Shown one piece after another: positions 55,721-64,000 of a stretch of DNA of 64,000 nucleotides (the stretch's first letter is position 1; each line of letters begins with the position of its first letter). The DNA is from an uncultured bacterium (lineage in GTDB: Bacteria > Acidobacteriota > JAQAZP01): NCBI GenBank assembly GCA_965531145.1, contig CBESOE010000007.1:36-64035 (forward strand), written 5' to 3'. Both the position numbers and the translations under genes were made by a program. The notes under the pieces were generated by a model. That model had not been told where the DNA came from, made no database searches, and saw only the letters and a program-made list of their open reading frames with translations.

Positions 55721-55790
55721 TCCCGTTGGGGAGGGCCTTTTTTGTGCCGAGCCCCGCTTCCCCGGTTGCCCGGGAAAGCGGGGAGGGAAT
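55721..55790. terminator. Two adjacent Rho-independent terminator hairpins serving the convergent genes
   Basis: The first is AAAAAGGCCCTCCCgttgGGGAGGGCCTTTTTTG (55721-55752). The second is GAGCCCCGCTTCCCCGGttgCCCGGGAAAGCGGGG (about 55750-55785); its minus strand carries the T/A-rich flank. Confidence 0.6.
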
Positions 55791-55795
55791 CCAGG

Positions 55796-58558
55796 TTAGA
55801 AGGTGAACCGCAGACCGAACCGCCAGGAGCGCGGGGTCTGACGATACTTCGGCCGACCGAAGGGGTTGCCGCCCGTGGCTTCGGGGTCGTCCCACTCCCA
55901 GACGGTCATGATCTGGTCGTCGCCAAGCAGGTTGAGCACGTCGAGGAACGCGCCGATGGCATAACGGCTGCCGAAGGGGAAGGTCTTCTCCAGATGGAGA
56001 TCGAACCAGGAGGCGGCCGGCAGGGTGTAGGTGCCGCGGCCCTCGGGGAAGGCCATGTAGTCGTTGTAGCCGCCGCCAACGTATCCCCTTCTGGAATACG
56101 CCAGGCCTGAGCTGTACTCAAAGGCGAGGCCCACATCCACATCCCACGGTGCACGGTAGAGACCGTTCAGCTTCAGGTGGTGGGTGATGTCATCGGGCAG
56201 CAAGCCGTACCAGCCGGCGTCATCGTAGATGTTGCCCAGGCCATACCAGGTGTCATCCGGGGGCGCGTTGGGATCGGCATCCATGAACACACCGATGGTG
56301 TCCGAGCTGCCGCCGCTGTCTCCCCACTCACCCTGGCCGGGGTTGGTGCCCTTTGACTCGCCCCAGGTGTAGGAGCCGAAGACCATGAAGTTGTTCGACA
56401 TCGCCTTGTGGTAGGTCAGTTCCACACCTTCGTAGTCACGCCGCTTCAGACTGGGGTTGGTCACCAGCCAGTCGCCCGACTCAAGCACCACGTCCTCGAT
56501 GAGGTCGCGGGTCTTACCGTTGATGTAACGAAGGCCCATGGCCTGGGTGTCGGTGAGTTTGCGTTCGTAGCCGATGATGAACTTGTCCTGGTGGTGCGGT
56601 TTGAGGTTGGGGTCAAAGCCGTCCAGCGGGAAGAGGGGCTCGCCCTCGTTGCCGCCCTGGGTGAAGTTGTAGTCCCAGGTGCCGTTGTAGGTGGTGCCGT
56701 CGACGTCGGTCCACTGGCCGGTGCCATCGGGGTTCCAAAGGTAGTTGTGGTAGGAACTGGTGGAGGATGAGTTCATCACCCAGCTCATGTTCAGGCCGGT
56801 GAAGTCGTAGAAACGGCCCCAGAAGACCTTGGCCACGTTCACCGAGTCCTTGGTGATGTCCCAGATCGCGCCGATCCGCGGGGCATGGGAATCGATGTCA
56901 AAATAGGTCACGCCCTCGTTGTTCTGCATCTCCAACTGCTCGTAGCGGTAACCGAGGTTGAGGGTCACGTTTTCCGCCACGTCCCAGGTGTCCTGAAGGA
57001 AGGCCACTGTCCCTTCGTTGGTGTTGCTATCGCCTTCCACCTGGAAGCGGACGTCGAGGCTCTCCGGCGCGCCTTCATAGTAGGTGTAGTCGTAGCCGTT
57101 GCCGGGCAGCAGGTTGACTTCAAACTTGTCGGCTTCCAGGTATTCCAGACCGACCTTCAGCGAGTGGTCGCCCAGGACGTCATCGATGTAGTGGGTGTAG
57201 TGCAGTTTGTAGTCGTACTGGGTGGTGTCGTAACCGTAGGTTGAGGCGCCGCCCCAGGTCGCGCTGGTGCCGCGGTCGAAATACTGGGCGTTGGTGGTGT
57301 CGCCGTAGGGAACGATATTCCGGTCCACCGTGGTGCTGCCGAACTTGAACTCGATAAAGGAGTCGGGGGTCAGGATGCCGCGGTAGATGGCCCCGAAGTG
57401 GTCCAGGTCCCGGGTGTCGTAGCGCTGGGACTCGGGAGCCGTGTCGAAATCGTCACGGAACGAGCGGTCAAAGCGCTGGCCGATCCAGGAGGCGTTTATC
57501 GAGTGGTTTTCGGTGATGGACCAGGTCATCTTGAGGAAGGGGGCGATGTTCTCGTCCTCGCGCTCATACTCGTAGCCGTAGTTGGCAAACTGGCTGGATT
57601 CTTTCCAGGTCTGGTCGAGATACTCGAGGGAACCGAAATACCACAGCTTGTCCTGGACGATGGGCCCGCCGATGTTGAACACCGGGATGAAGTATTCCTG
57701 CTCCACCGCACCCACCGCCGAACCGTCGACGTTCTGCTCCGGGTTGCCATCGCCGGGGATGAGCCAGGAAGTGATCAAGCTGCCTTCGAGGCTGTTACCA
57801 CCACTCTTGGTGATCACGTTGGCCACCAGGCCGGTGGCCCGGCCATACTCGGCGGCGAAGCCGTCGGTGAGGATCTGGATCTCCTCGATGGCGTCGAAGT
57901 TGATGTTGTGGCCGTAGCCGTTGGTTTCCGGGTTGCGGGCCGAGATGCCGTCAATGAGGAAGTTGTTCCCCACCTGGCCCTCACCGCGGGTGCTCGGGTT
58001 ACCGTCGCCCGCACCGCCATACTGGGTGTCGGTGCGGCCCTGGACGCCGGGGACGAAATTGAACAGATCCTGGTAACTGCGGGTGGTGGGCAGCCGCGCC
58101 ATCGCGTCCGATTCGAAGGATGTTCCCACCGCGGTGGTGGTGACGTCGATCACCGGCGCCTGGGCGATTACGGTGACTTCTTCGGAGACCTGGGCCGGGG
58201 GCAGCTCGATATCGACCATGGTTTCGGTGCCCAGCTGAACTCTGATCTCGGTCTGGATGACGGTGTGGTAACCGTCCATTTGGGCCTTGACGGTGTAGCG
58301 CCCGGGTGGGACCTGGACAAAGCGGTAGTTGCCTTCGGCGTCGGTAACTGCCTTCCTTGTGCCCTGGAGATTGTCAGATTCAATACTTACCGTTGCACCG
58401 GGAAGCGGGAGTCCTTCGGCGTCCATGATCACGCCTTCAATGGTTCCCACCTCGGCTGCCATTGCTTCCTGAACTGGAAGCGCCCACATGAACAGGAGAA
58501 TGAGCGCCACTCCCAGAGCAGCGTGCATCGAGGTTCTCGCGAACTTCAGTTTGCTCAT
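55796..58558 (-). CDS. TonB-dependent outer-membrane receptor with N-terminal carboxypeptidase-regulatory-like (CarbopepD_reg_2) domain
   Basis: Signal peptide. Ig-like region GVIMDAEGLPLPGATV...YTVKA. Plug and beta-barrel length. C-terminus ...WRFGLRFTF with terminal Phe. RBS GGAGGAG before the ATG at 58558. Confidence 0.8.
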   Translation of the reverse strand: MSKLKFARTSMHAALGVALILLFMWALPVQEAMAAEVGTIEGVIMDAEGLPLPGATVSIESDNLQGTRKAVTDAEGNYRFVQVPPGRYTVKAQMDGYHTVIQTEIRVQLGTETMVDIELPPAQVSEEVTVIAQAPVIDVTTTAVGTSFESDAMARLPTTRSYQDLFNFVPGVQGRTDTQYGGAGDGNPSTRGEGQVGNNFLIDGISARNPETNGYGHNINFDAIEEIQILTDGFAAEYGRATGLVANVITKSGGNSLEGSLITSWLIPGDGNPEQNVDGSAVGAVEQEYFIPVFNIGGPIVQDKLWYFGSLEYLDQTWKESSQFANYGYEYEREDENIAPFLKMTWSITENHSINASWIGQRFDRSFRDDFDTAPESQRYDTRDLDHFGAIYRGILTPDSFIEFKFGSTTVDRNIVPYGDTTNAQYFDRGTSATWGGASTYGYDTTQYDYKLHYTHYIDDVLGDHSLKVGLEYLEADKFEVNLLPGNGYDYTYYEGAPESLDVRFQVEGDSNTNEGTVAFLQDTWDVAENVTLNLGYRYEQLEMQNNEGVTYFDIDSHAPRIGAIWDITKDSVNVAKVFWGRFYDFTGLNMSWVMNSSSTSSYHNYLWNPDGTGQWTDVDGTTYNGTWDYNFTQGGNEGEPLFPLDGFDPNLKPHHQDKFIIGYERKLTDTQAMGLRYINGKTRDLIEDVVLESGDWLVTNPSLKRRDYEGVELTYHKAMSNNFMVFGSYTWGESKGTNPGQGEWGDSGGSSDTIGVFMDADPNAPPDDTWYGLGNIYDDAGWYGLLPDDITHHLKLNGLYRAPWDVDVGLAFEYSSGLAYSRRGYVGGGYNDYMAFPEGRGTYTLPAASWFDLHLEKTFPFGSRYAIGAFLDVLNLLGDDQIMTVWEWDDPEATGGNPFGRPKYRQTPRSWRFGLRFTF

Positions 58559-59113
58559 TCCGATCACTCCTCCTTTCGGCCGGTACGGGGGAGCACTGGC
58601 TCCGCCGCTGGCGGGCCGATCTGTTTTTTTTCTTTTTTCTTGTTGTTATGTATTGCTTGTTCCGCCGCGTTGTTCACCGGTTACGGTGCGGCCTGTCAGG
58701 CATTCACCTCCTTTCTTCCTCCACCGGCCCGCAAGGCCGGACGTTGACCGATGTCACGGCCGGATTCGTACCTACTCAACCGCTTGCACACCAAGGGTAT
58801 CGGCAACAGGGCCCGCCCTGTTGAATGGCATCGGATCGATTCTCCGAACCCCATTGCCTGCAGAGTGCGGTTGTTCCGGTCATTGAAACCAGTCCAGAAC
58901 ACATGAGTTGCAATTTTACTGCCATGATTAGTTGGTTAAACTCTTATGGCCCGTTTATACCAAATTGGTGAAAACTTTACAAGTTACCTCCGGTCGGACC
59001 GTGGGTGGCTGTTTGGGAAGCTCCTTTTCTATCCATTTTCTTGGAGATTGGTTCAAGATTTTGAAGTGTGGCGCAAGGAGGGAGCCGGGTGATGATCCCG
59101 GCATCCCTGCATA

Positions 59114-59142
59114 TGATTGACATGGAAAGGGGTTGAAGGTAT
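59114..59142 (+). promoter_or_regulatory. Sigma-70-like promoter (-35 TTGACA, 17-nt spacer, -10 TATTCT)
   Basis: ttgacatggaaaggggttgaaggtattct lies upstream of the permease gene. Confidence 0.35.
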
Positions 59143-59237
59143 TCTGCCAAGGTTGTGCGCGAAACGTTCATGAGCCATGGATTTCCTCGGGGATCGTGGG
59201 ATTTGACCCTCCTTCCCCATTCCGGATACGGAGTGAC

Positions 59238-60887
59238 GTGGTGGGTGACCTGAAGAATTTTCCCCGGATATGGTTGATTCCAGGCGTGGTGGCTGCTGTG
59301 GTGCTGATCATCGCCGGGGCTGCAGGCTCAGCGGCCCACGGGTCCCCCACTCTGCTCAACGAGCAGGACGGTGCCAGCGAAACGCTGACCGTAAACGGTA
59401 TGAGCGATGACGAGCCGCTGCGTTCAGCCGTTGACCAGGGTGCATCCGGCGGGGGAGGGGTGGTCCTCGCCTCCGATCCGGGGGAAGCTCACCAGGAGGG
59501 AGAGCCCGGTCATGACGCCGGTAACGGTGACCACGGGCCGGGACTGGGGCAGCAACTGCCGTTGTGGAGCGTGATCCCCTTTGCCGGAATCCTGCTCTCC
59601 ATCGCCCTCTTCCCGCTGGTGGCGCCGAAATTCTGGCATCACCACTTCCCGAAAATCTCTGCGGCCTGGGCGGTACTCTTTGCCGTTCCCTTCCTCCTCG
59701 CCTTCCGCGGCGAGGCGTGGTACGAAATTCTGCATATCTATTTTATTGACTACATCCCGTTCATCATCCTGCTCTGGGCGCTTTACACCGTCTCCGGGGG
59801 TATCCGGGTCAAGGGGTCTCTGCGCGGTACGCCGGCAGTGAACTGCCTGCTGCTGCTCATCGGCACGGCCATCGCTTCCTGGGTGGGCACCACCGGGGCG
59901 GCCATGCTGCTGATCCGGCCTCTGTTGCGGGCCAACCAGGATCGCCGGAACAAGGTGCACACGGTGGTCTTCTTCATCTTCCTCGTGGCCAATGTGGGCG
60001 GTTCGCTCACCCCGCTGGGTGATCCGCCGCTGTTTCTCGGGTTCCTCCACGGCGTCCCCTTCTTCTGGACCCTGAAACTGCTTCCAGAGATGCTCTTCGT
60101 GGTGGTCTGCCTCATTTCCATCTACTTCGCCCTGGACAGCTACCACTACCGGCGGGAGGTCCGCGACGGTGGCGGTATCCCCGAAGGTGGTGAACGGGAA
60201 GCCATCGGGTTCGAGGGGCTGCACAACCTGCTTTTCCTCGGCGGAGTTCTCGGTGCGGTGATCGTCAGCGGTTTCTGGAGGCCCGGGTCCTACAACCTGC
60301 TGGGCGTCCATATGGAGATCCAGAACAGTTTCCGTGACGTCATGCTGGTCGGCCTGGGGCTGCTCTCCCTCTGGACCACGAAGAAGGCGGTGCGCAAGGC
60401 CAATGAGTTCAGTTGGTTTCCCATCACCGAGGTGGCCTACCTCTTTGCCGGCATCTTCATGACCATCATTCCCGCCCTGGCCATCCTCAAGGCGGGGAGC
60501 GAGGGGGCGTTGGCCCCGATGCTGAGCCTGATCAAGGAGCCGGTGCACTACTTCTGGGTGGTGGGGACGCTTTCCAGCTTCCTCGACAACGCCCCCACCT
60601 ACCTGACGTTCCTCAACTCGGCGCTGGGACAGTTCCATGCCGGCATGCCCGAGCTGCAGGCGGTGCATGCGCTGATCCGCGACCAGGAGATCTATCTCAA
60701 GGCCATTGCCACCGGGGCTGTTTTCATGGGGGCGAACACCTATATCGGCAACGCGCCCAATTTCATGGTCAAGTCCATTGCCGAGGAGTCGGGGGTGGCC
60801 ATGCCGAGCTTTTTCGGCTACATGATTCGCTACTCCTTGATTTTCCTGGTCCCGGTGTTCGTGCTGGTCACCATCATATTCTTTTAA
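59238..60887 (+). CDS. ArsB/NhaD-superfamily permease (putative Na+/H+ antiporter or anion permease) with His/Asp-rich N-terminal periplasmic segment
   Basis: About 12 TM helices. Motifs VANVGGSLTPLGDPP and GANTYIGNAPNFM fit the CitMHS/ArsB/NhaD superfamily. N-terminal His-rich stretch GEAHQEGEPGHDAGNGDHGPG. GTG at 59238 with RBS GGAG. The ORF-track start at 59133 overlaps the promoter. Confidence 0.5.
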   Translation: MVGDLKNFPRIWLIPGVVAAVVLIIAGAAGSAAHGSPTLLNEQDGASETLTVNGMSDDEPLRSAVDQGASGGGGVVLASDPGEAHQEGEPGHDAGNGDHGPGLGQQLPLWSVIPFAGILLSIALFPLVAPKFWHHHFPKISAAWAVLFAVPFLLAFRGEAWYEILHIYFIDYIPFIILLWALYTVSGGIRVKGSLRGTPAVNCLLLLIGTAIASWVGTTGAAMLLIRPLLRANQDRRNKVHTVVFFIFLVANVGGSLTPLGDPPLFLGFLHGVPFFWTLKLLPEMLFVVVCLISIYFALDSYHYRREVRDGGGIPEGGEREAIGFEGLHNLLFLGGVLGAVIVSGFWRPGSYNLLGVHMEIQNSFRDVMLVGLGLLSLWTTKKAVRKANEFSWFPITEVAYLFAGIFMTIIPALAILKAGSEGALAPMLSLIKEPVHYFWVVGTLSSFLDNAPTYLTFLNSALGQFHAGMPELQAVHALIRDQEIYLKAIATGAVFMGANTYIGNAPNFMVKSIAEESGVAMPSFFGYMIRYSLIFLVPVFVLVTIIFF

Positions 60888-60980
60888 TTAATGCTGTAAC
60901 GTTTTGAGCCCTGATCCATCTAATAGGTGTAAGAGGTGGTCTGCTGAATAGCCGGTAGCCACGGTGAGGATGATTTGAAG

Positions 60981-61118
60981 ATGGACAACGGGACAACTGA
61001 TACAAAACCGGAAAAGAAGGGGAAAAAGATGAGTGAAGTTCTGATCATCGTTCTTTTCCTGGTGGGCTGGTATGTGCTCAATGCCTTTATCCTGCCCTGG
61101 TGCGGCGTCTCCACGTGA
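60981..61118 (+). CDS. Possible small membrane protein (45 aa)
   Basis: MDNGTTDTKPEKKGKKMSEVLIIVLFLVGWYVLNAFILPWCGVST: a Lys-rich N-terminus and one TM helix. RBS GAGGA 10 nt upstream. Below the ORF-track size threshold. Confidence 0.25.
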   Translation: MDNGTTDTKPEKKGKKMSEVLIIVLFLVGWYVLNAFILPWCGVST

Positions 61119-61227
61119 ATGAGCCGCAGTTGCGCGGTCGAGGATCGACCGGTCCAGGCGATGAGCGGGAATGAAGACGGCACTTTGAAACAGGCACCGG
61201 AACAGAAACCCAGCGGAGAATAGTGGT

Positions 61228-61458
61228 ATGCCGATCTACGAATACAAGTGTCGTGAGTGTGATCTGGTTTTTGAAGTGCTGAAGCGCTCCAGGCTGTCAG
61301 AGAGTGATGCGGAGCGTTGCCCCGGCTGCGGCGGGGAGGAGACAGACAAACTCTACTCTTCCTTTGCTGGAATGGTGCCGGTGGCCGCCGGTGGTGGCGG
61401 CTGCCCCAGTGCCGGGAGTGGCGGCGCCTGCGGCGGTGGTCAGGGAGGTTTTTCCTGA
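61228..61458 (+). CDS. FmdB-family zinc-ribbon protein (CxxC-CxxC, Gly-rich tail)
   Basis: MPIYEYKCRECDLVFE...CPGCGG matches the FmdB/CxxC_CxxC_SSSS family N-terminus. Confidence 0.7.
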   Translation: MPIYEYKCRECDLVFEVLKRSRLSESDAERCPGCGGEETDKLYSSFAGMVPVAAGGGGCPSAGSGGACGGGQGGFS

Positions 61459-61561
61459 GGATAGAACGGCCCGGCGGTGCGCCGGGAACACCCGCAGCGG
61501 AATACAGGGCCCCGGAACCGGGCACGCATCCGGCCGGGGTCTTGTCATGTACCACATCTCG

Positions 61562-61864
61562 TCAGGGGAGCTTTTTCCCCAGTTTCTCTTCCACCGCCTG
61601 GAGTTTGCGCTGGATGGCCCCTTCGGCGCCGTCCCGGTCGTCGATCTTCACCACCGTGGAGACCCGCGAGGAAAAGTCCCGCATACGGAGGTGGCAGCGG
61701 CGGATCAGGTCGAAGACCTCGTCGCAGGTCCCTTCCACCACCGTACCCATGGGATTGACCCGGTAGTCGAGGCCGCTCTCCTCCACAAGTTTCAGGATCT
61801 CGGCCACCGGCCCCGACATGCCGCTGGCCCGGTCCACCGGGGCCACGCTGAATTCGGCAAGCAT
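61562..61864 (-). CDS. YkoF/MTH1187-family (DUF77) thiamine-binding-like protein
   Basis: MLAEFSVAPVD N-terminus typical of the family. About 100 aa. RBS GGAGAGGAG before the ATG at 61864. Confidence 0.6.
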   Translation of the reverse strand: MLAEFSVAPVDRASGMSGPVAEILKLVEESGLDYRVNPMGTVVEGTCDEVFDLIRRCHLRMRDFSSRVSTVVKIDDRDGAEGAIQRKLQAVEEKLGKKLP

Positions 61865-61935
61865 GATGTATCTCCTCTCCAAAAGAAGACCGGTGGAAAG
61901 TAGTAACTGTCCCTACTTTCCACAAATTCCTCGTC

Positions 61936-62676
61936 TTAATACAAACCCCCGTCCACGGTGAGCACCTGGCCGGTGATGTAGGCCGCGTCGTCAGACAGCA
62001 GGAAGAGCGCGGCGGCCGCGGCTTCGTCCACCGTGGCCATGCGGTTCATCGGCGTCATGGCCAGCAGCCGCTGGCGGGCCAGTTCGGGCAGGGTGGCGGT
62101 CATGTCGGTCTCCACCAGACCCAGGGCCAGGCTGTTTACCCGCAGGCCCAGCTTGCCCACCTCCCGGGCCAGTGACTTGGAAAAGGCGATGGCGCCGGCC
62201 TTGGAGGCGGCGTAGTTGGTCTGGCCCTCGGTGCCCATCAGGCCGCTGATGGAGGCGATGTTGAGAACCACCCCGGACTTGCGTTTCATCATCGAGACGA
62301 TCACCGACCGGGTGAAGTTGTAGACGCCCTTCAGATTGACGTCCACCACCCGGTCCCAGGTCTCCTCGTCCATCATGAACAGTGCCCGGTCGGACCGGAT
62401 GCCGGCATTGTTCACCAGGAAATCCACCTTGTCGTCGAACGCCGTGCGGAATTTCTTTACCGCCGCGGTCACCGCTCCGCTGTCCGAGGCGTCCACCTGG
62501 GCGGAGTAGGCCCGCACTCCCCGGGATTCCAGCTGGCTGGTCAGCCAGGCGGCCTCGTCCTCGCGGTTGTGGTAGGTGAAGGCCACGTGGCAGCCCCGAT
62601 CGCCCAGGGCCAGGGCGATGGCCCGGCCGATTCCTCTCGAAGCGCCGCTGACGATGGCGGTCTTGTCCTTGAACAT
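61936..62676 (-). CDS. fabG: SDR-family 3-oxoacyl-ACP reductase
   Basis: TGASRGIGRAIA cofactor motif. NNAG. Catalytic S...YAASKAG triad region. 246 aa. Confidence 0.8.
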   Translation of the reverse strand: MFKDKTAIVSGASRGIGRAIALALGDRGCHVAFTYHNREDEAAWLTSQLESRGVRAYSAQVDASDSGAVTAAVKKFRTAFDDKVDFLVNNAGIRSDRALFMMDEETWDRVVDVNLKGVYNFTRSVIVSMMKRKSGVVLNIASISGLMGTEGQTNYAASKAGAIAFSKSLAREVGKLGLRVNSLALGLVETDMTATLPELARQRLLAMTPMNRMATVDEAAAAALFLLSDDAAYITGQVLTVDGGLY

Positions 62677-62756
62677 CGTTCTCCCTGTACTTCCAGTTCC
62701 GGTCCCGGTTCGTTGGCGATTCGTCTAGTGACTCCATGGTATCACGCGTATTGCGG

Positions 62757-64000
62757 TCATCGGGGCGGCAAGGTGGAGTGGTAGATCTCGAAGTTGCCGT
62801 CCCGGTGGTCGTCCCAGACCACGTGCAGCGTGCCGTCGGGCGCCGGGTAGATCGAGGCATCCATGGAAACGGCACCATCCCGGGTGATCCGGGTGGTTGG
62901 CGACCACCCTTCCGGCCCCCGGGTTTTGCTGTAGACCTCGAAGTTGCCCACTGCCGAGTCGGTCCAGACCATCAGCACCGGTCCCTCCGCCCCCTGGGCC
63001 ACCGAGGGGTGCCTGATCTCGTAGGCCCGTCCCCGCGGGTGGTGCCAGGTGACCCGCTCCCCGCGGCCGCCATCGGTGCCGAGCAGGTGAGAATAGTAGA
63101 TCTCCGGCTGGCCATGGCGGCTGTCCACCCAGACCAGGTGCACGCCGCCCCCGGCTGCCGGCCAGGCCGCCGGCTGCCCGGCCGCGGTATCCACCGGGGT
63201 CAGGCGGTTTACCGGTCCCCACTCACCGTCGGCCAGCCTGCGGTGGTAGATGCCCGGCGCGCCTTGTTGCGGAGTCATTTTCCAGACCAGGTGCAGGGAG
63301 CCGTCAACCGTATCGGGCACCAGTCCGGGGAAGAAACAACGGCCGCCGGCACGTGTCTCGCCCACCGGCTGCAACCCGTCGGGCGCGCCGTCCAACGGGC
63401 CAAAAAAGATCTCCCGCCGGTCTTCCAGCTGGCCGGGAAAGGCGAGGTGGAACCGGCCAGCGCCATCGGTGCAGAAGGAGGCCTTGTAGGCCTGCAGGCC
63501 CGGCGGTGAGACACGGCGGTCCGGGCTCCACCCGTCGGCGGTGAGTGAGCGGCTGTAGATGCCCATGGTCCCGGTGCGATCGTCGGTGTAGATCAGGGAG
63601 AGGTTCCCCTGGTGATCGGCCAGCAGGTCCGGGGTGCGCGAGGTCCGGCCGTCACGGGGGGAGAGGCGTTGCGGCGTTGACCACTGCCCGCTTTCCAGCA
63701 CCGCATGGTAGACCTCGTAGGTGCGGCCCGACTTTTCATCGTCCGGGCCGGTGCTTGAGGCTTCACCCTCATGGTAGTCGCTGGCGTCGAACCAGACCAG
63801 GTGGGCCCGCCCCTTGCGGTCGAAGGCCACGCTGCGGTTGTGAAGGGCGGCGGTGTGCGAGTTTCCCGGGGTGCGGGTGACCCGGCGTGGTTCGCCCCAG
63901 CCGTCCCGGCTGCCCGGGGGCAGCGGCAGTAGACCCTCGCGATCCAGGCCCTCGGTGATCAGTTCGGCAAAACGCTGGTGTCCTTCCGGGGACGGGTGCG
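62757..64000 (-). CDS. Beta-propeller repeat protein (BNR/sialidase-fold-like repeats), 5' end beyond the window
   Basis: Repeats of the form (L/V)H(L/V)VW.D.R.G..EIY(Y/H) and SP(D/R)GW.P..R(V/L)(S/T). The frame stays open upstream of the GTG at 63830 and continues to the window end with the same repeat pattern. Confidence 0.5.
   Translation of the reverse strand, partial: HPSPEGHQRFAELITEGLDREGLLPLPPGSRDGWGEPRRVTRTPGNSHTAALHNRSVAFDRKGRAHLVWFDASDYHEGEASSTGPDDEKSGRTYEVYHAVLESGQWSTPQRLSPRDGRTSRTPDLLADHQGNLSLIYTDDRTGTMGIYSRSLTADGWSPDRRVSPPGLQAYKASFCTDGAGRFHLAFPGQLEDRREIFFGPLDGAPDGLQPVGETRAGGRCFFPGLVPDTVDGSLHLVWKMTPQQGAPGIYHRRLADGEWGPVNRLTPVDTAAGQPAAWPAAGGGVHLVWVDSRHGQPEIYYSHLLGTDGGRGERVTWHHPRGRAYEIRHPSVAQGAEGPVLMVWTDSAVGNFEVYSKTRGPEGWSPTTRITRDGAVSMDASIYPAPDGTLHVVWDDHRDGNFEIYHSTLPPR

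Noticed and set aside
58568-58900. Possible cobalamin riboswitch or Fur box in the leader of the TonB-dependent receptor
   Set aside because: I could not find the B12-box or a GATAATGATAATCATTATC-like Fur site. The receptor is a 923-aa CarbopepD_reg type, not BtuB-like. It is left only as a generic structured leader.
58932-59120. 62-aa ORF in the AT-rich island
   Set aside because: A/T-rich third codon positions contradict the genome's coding bias. No RBS. It overlaps the promoter of the permease.
61936-62676. fabG as the missing ketoreductase of the FAS-like cassette
   Set aside because: It lies about 37 kb away on the opposite strand among unrelated genes. There is no positional evidence linking it to the cassette. 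It is reported simply as an SDR gene.
1-64000. CRISPR arrays, tRNA/rRNA genes, transposases or integrases, phage genes, toxin-antitoxin or restriction-type defence systems
   Set aside because: None was seen. There are no regularly spaced direct repeats, no cloverleaf-like tRNA sequences and no recombinase or nuclease signatures in any frame. The window looks like core and accessory chromosome rather than a mobile element.

Overview
This is a high-GC (about 65%) bacterial chromosomal window from a Gram-negative organism that carries the PEP-CTERM/exosortase protein-sorting system. The lineage is unclear; a delta-proteobacterium or Acidobacteria-like organism is a guess only. Genes are densely packed, and many starts overlap the preceding stop in ATGA/GTGA fashion, which is typical of tight operons.

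The ordinary content includes:
- NHL-repeat and HEAT-repeat lipoproteins at the start.
- A periplasmic-propeller sensor fused to a PP2C/SpoIIE phosphatase, plus two hybrid histidine kinases.
- dinB, a DUF72 gene, gatC-gatA, a cell-wall amidase, a family-2 glycosyltransferase (GT2) and a LolDE/MacB-like ABC pair.
- A BNR/FG-GAP secreted giant protein followed by a BtuFCD-like ABC importer.
- rpoH, a TonB-dependent receptor, an NhaD/ArsB-type permease, an FmdB zinc-ribbon protein, a YkoF-like protein and fabG.

The most interesting region lies at about 19.0-37.2 kb and has the gene order of one coordinated locus. It contains:
- A PEP-CTERM/XrtA-associated polysaccharide deacetylase.
- A dedicated type II FAS/PKS-like cassette: FabD, ACP, a hotdog dehydratase, a complete ketosynthase, a second ketosynthase with no catalytic triad (chain-length-factor-like) and a 4HBT thioesterase.
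- A SAM-dependent methyltransferase and three glycosyltransferases. Embedded among them is an Opp/Dpp-like binding protein with two permeases but no ATPase.
- A MacAB/DevBCA-like tripartite ABC exporter (ATPase, large FtsX permease, HlyD fusion protein).
- An 80-aa PEP-CTERM micro-protein, transcribed convergently, with a perfect sigma-54 promoter.

I read this as a candidate previously undescribed pathway that builds a specialised methylated glycolipid, or a lipid-decorated polymer, and exports it. It may be coupled to exosortase. The product is inferred, not demonstrated.

Other observations worth a second look:
- An upstream squalene/phytoene-synthase-like gene next to a lycopene-cyclase-domain gene.
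- A right-handed beta-helix gene broken by a homopolymer frameshift.
- A lipoprotein with a type II secretion GspG pseudopilin-like domain.
- Two highly structured intergenic elements, at 32.26-32.41 kb and 55.57-55.79 kb.
- An AT-rich non-coding island of about 670 nt at 58.57-59.24 kb.

No rRNA, tRNA, CRISPR array or transposase is visible. All functions are inferred from motifs I recognised by eye in the six-frame translations. No database search was run.
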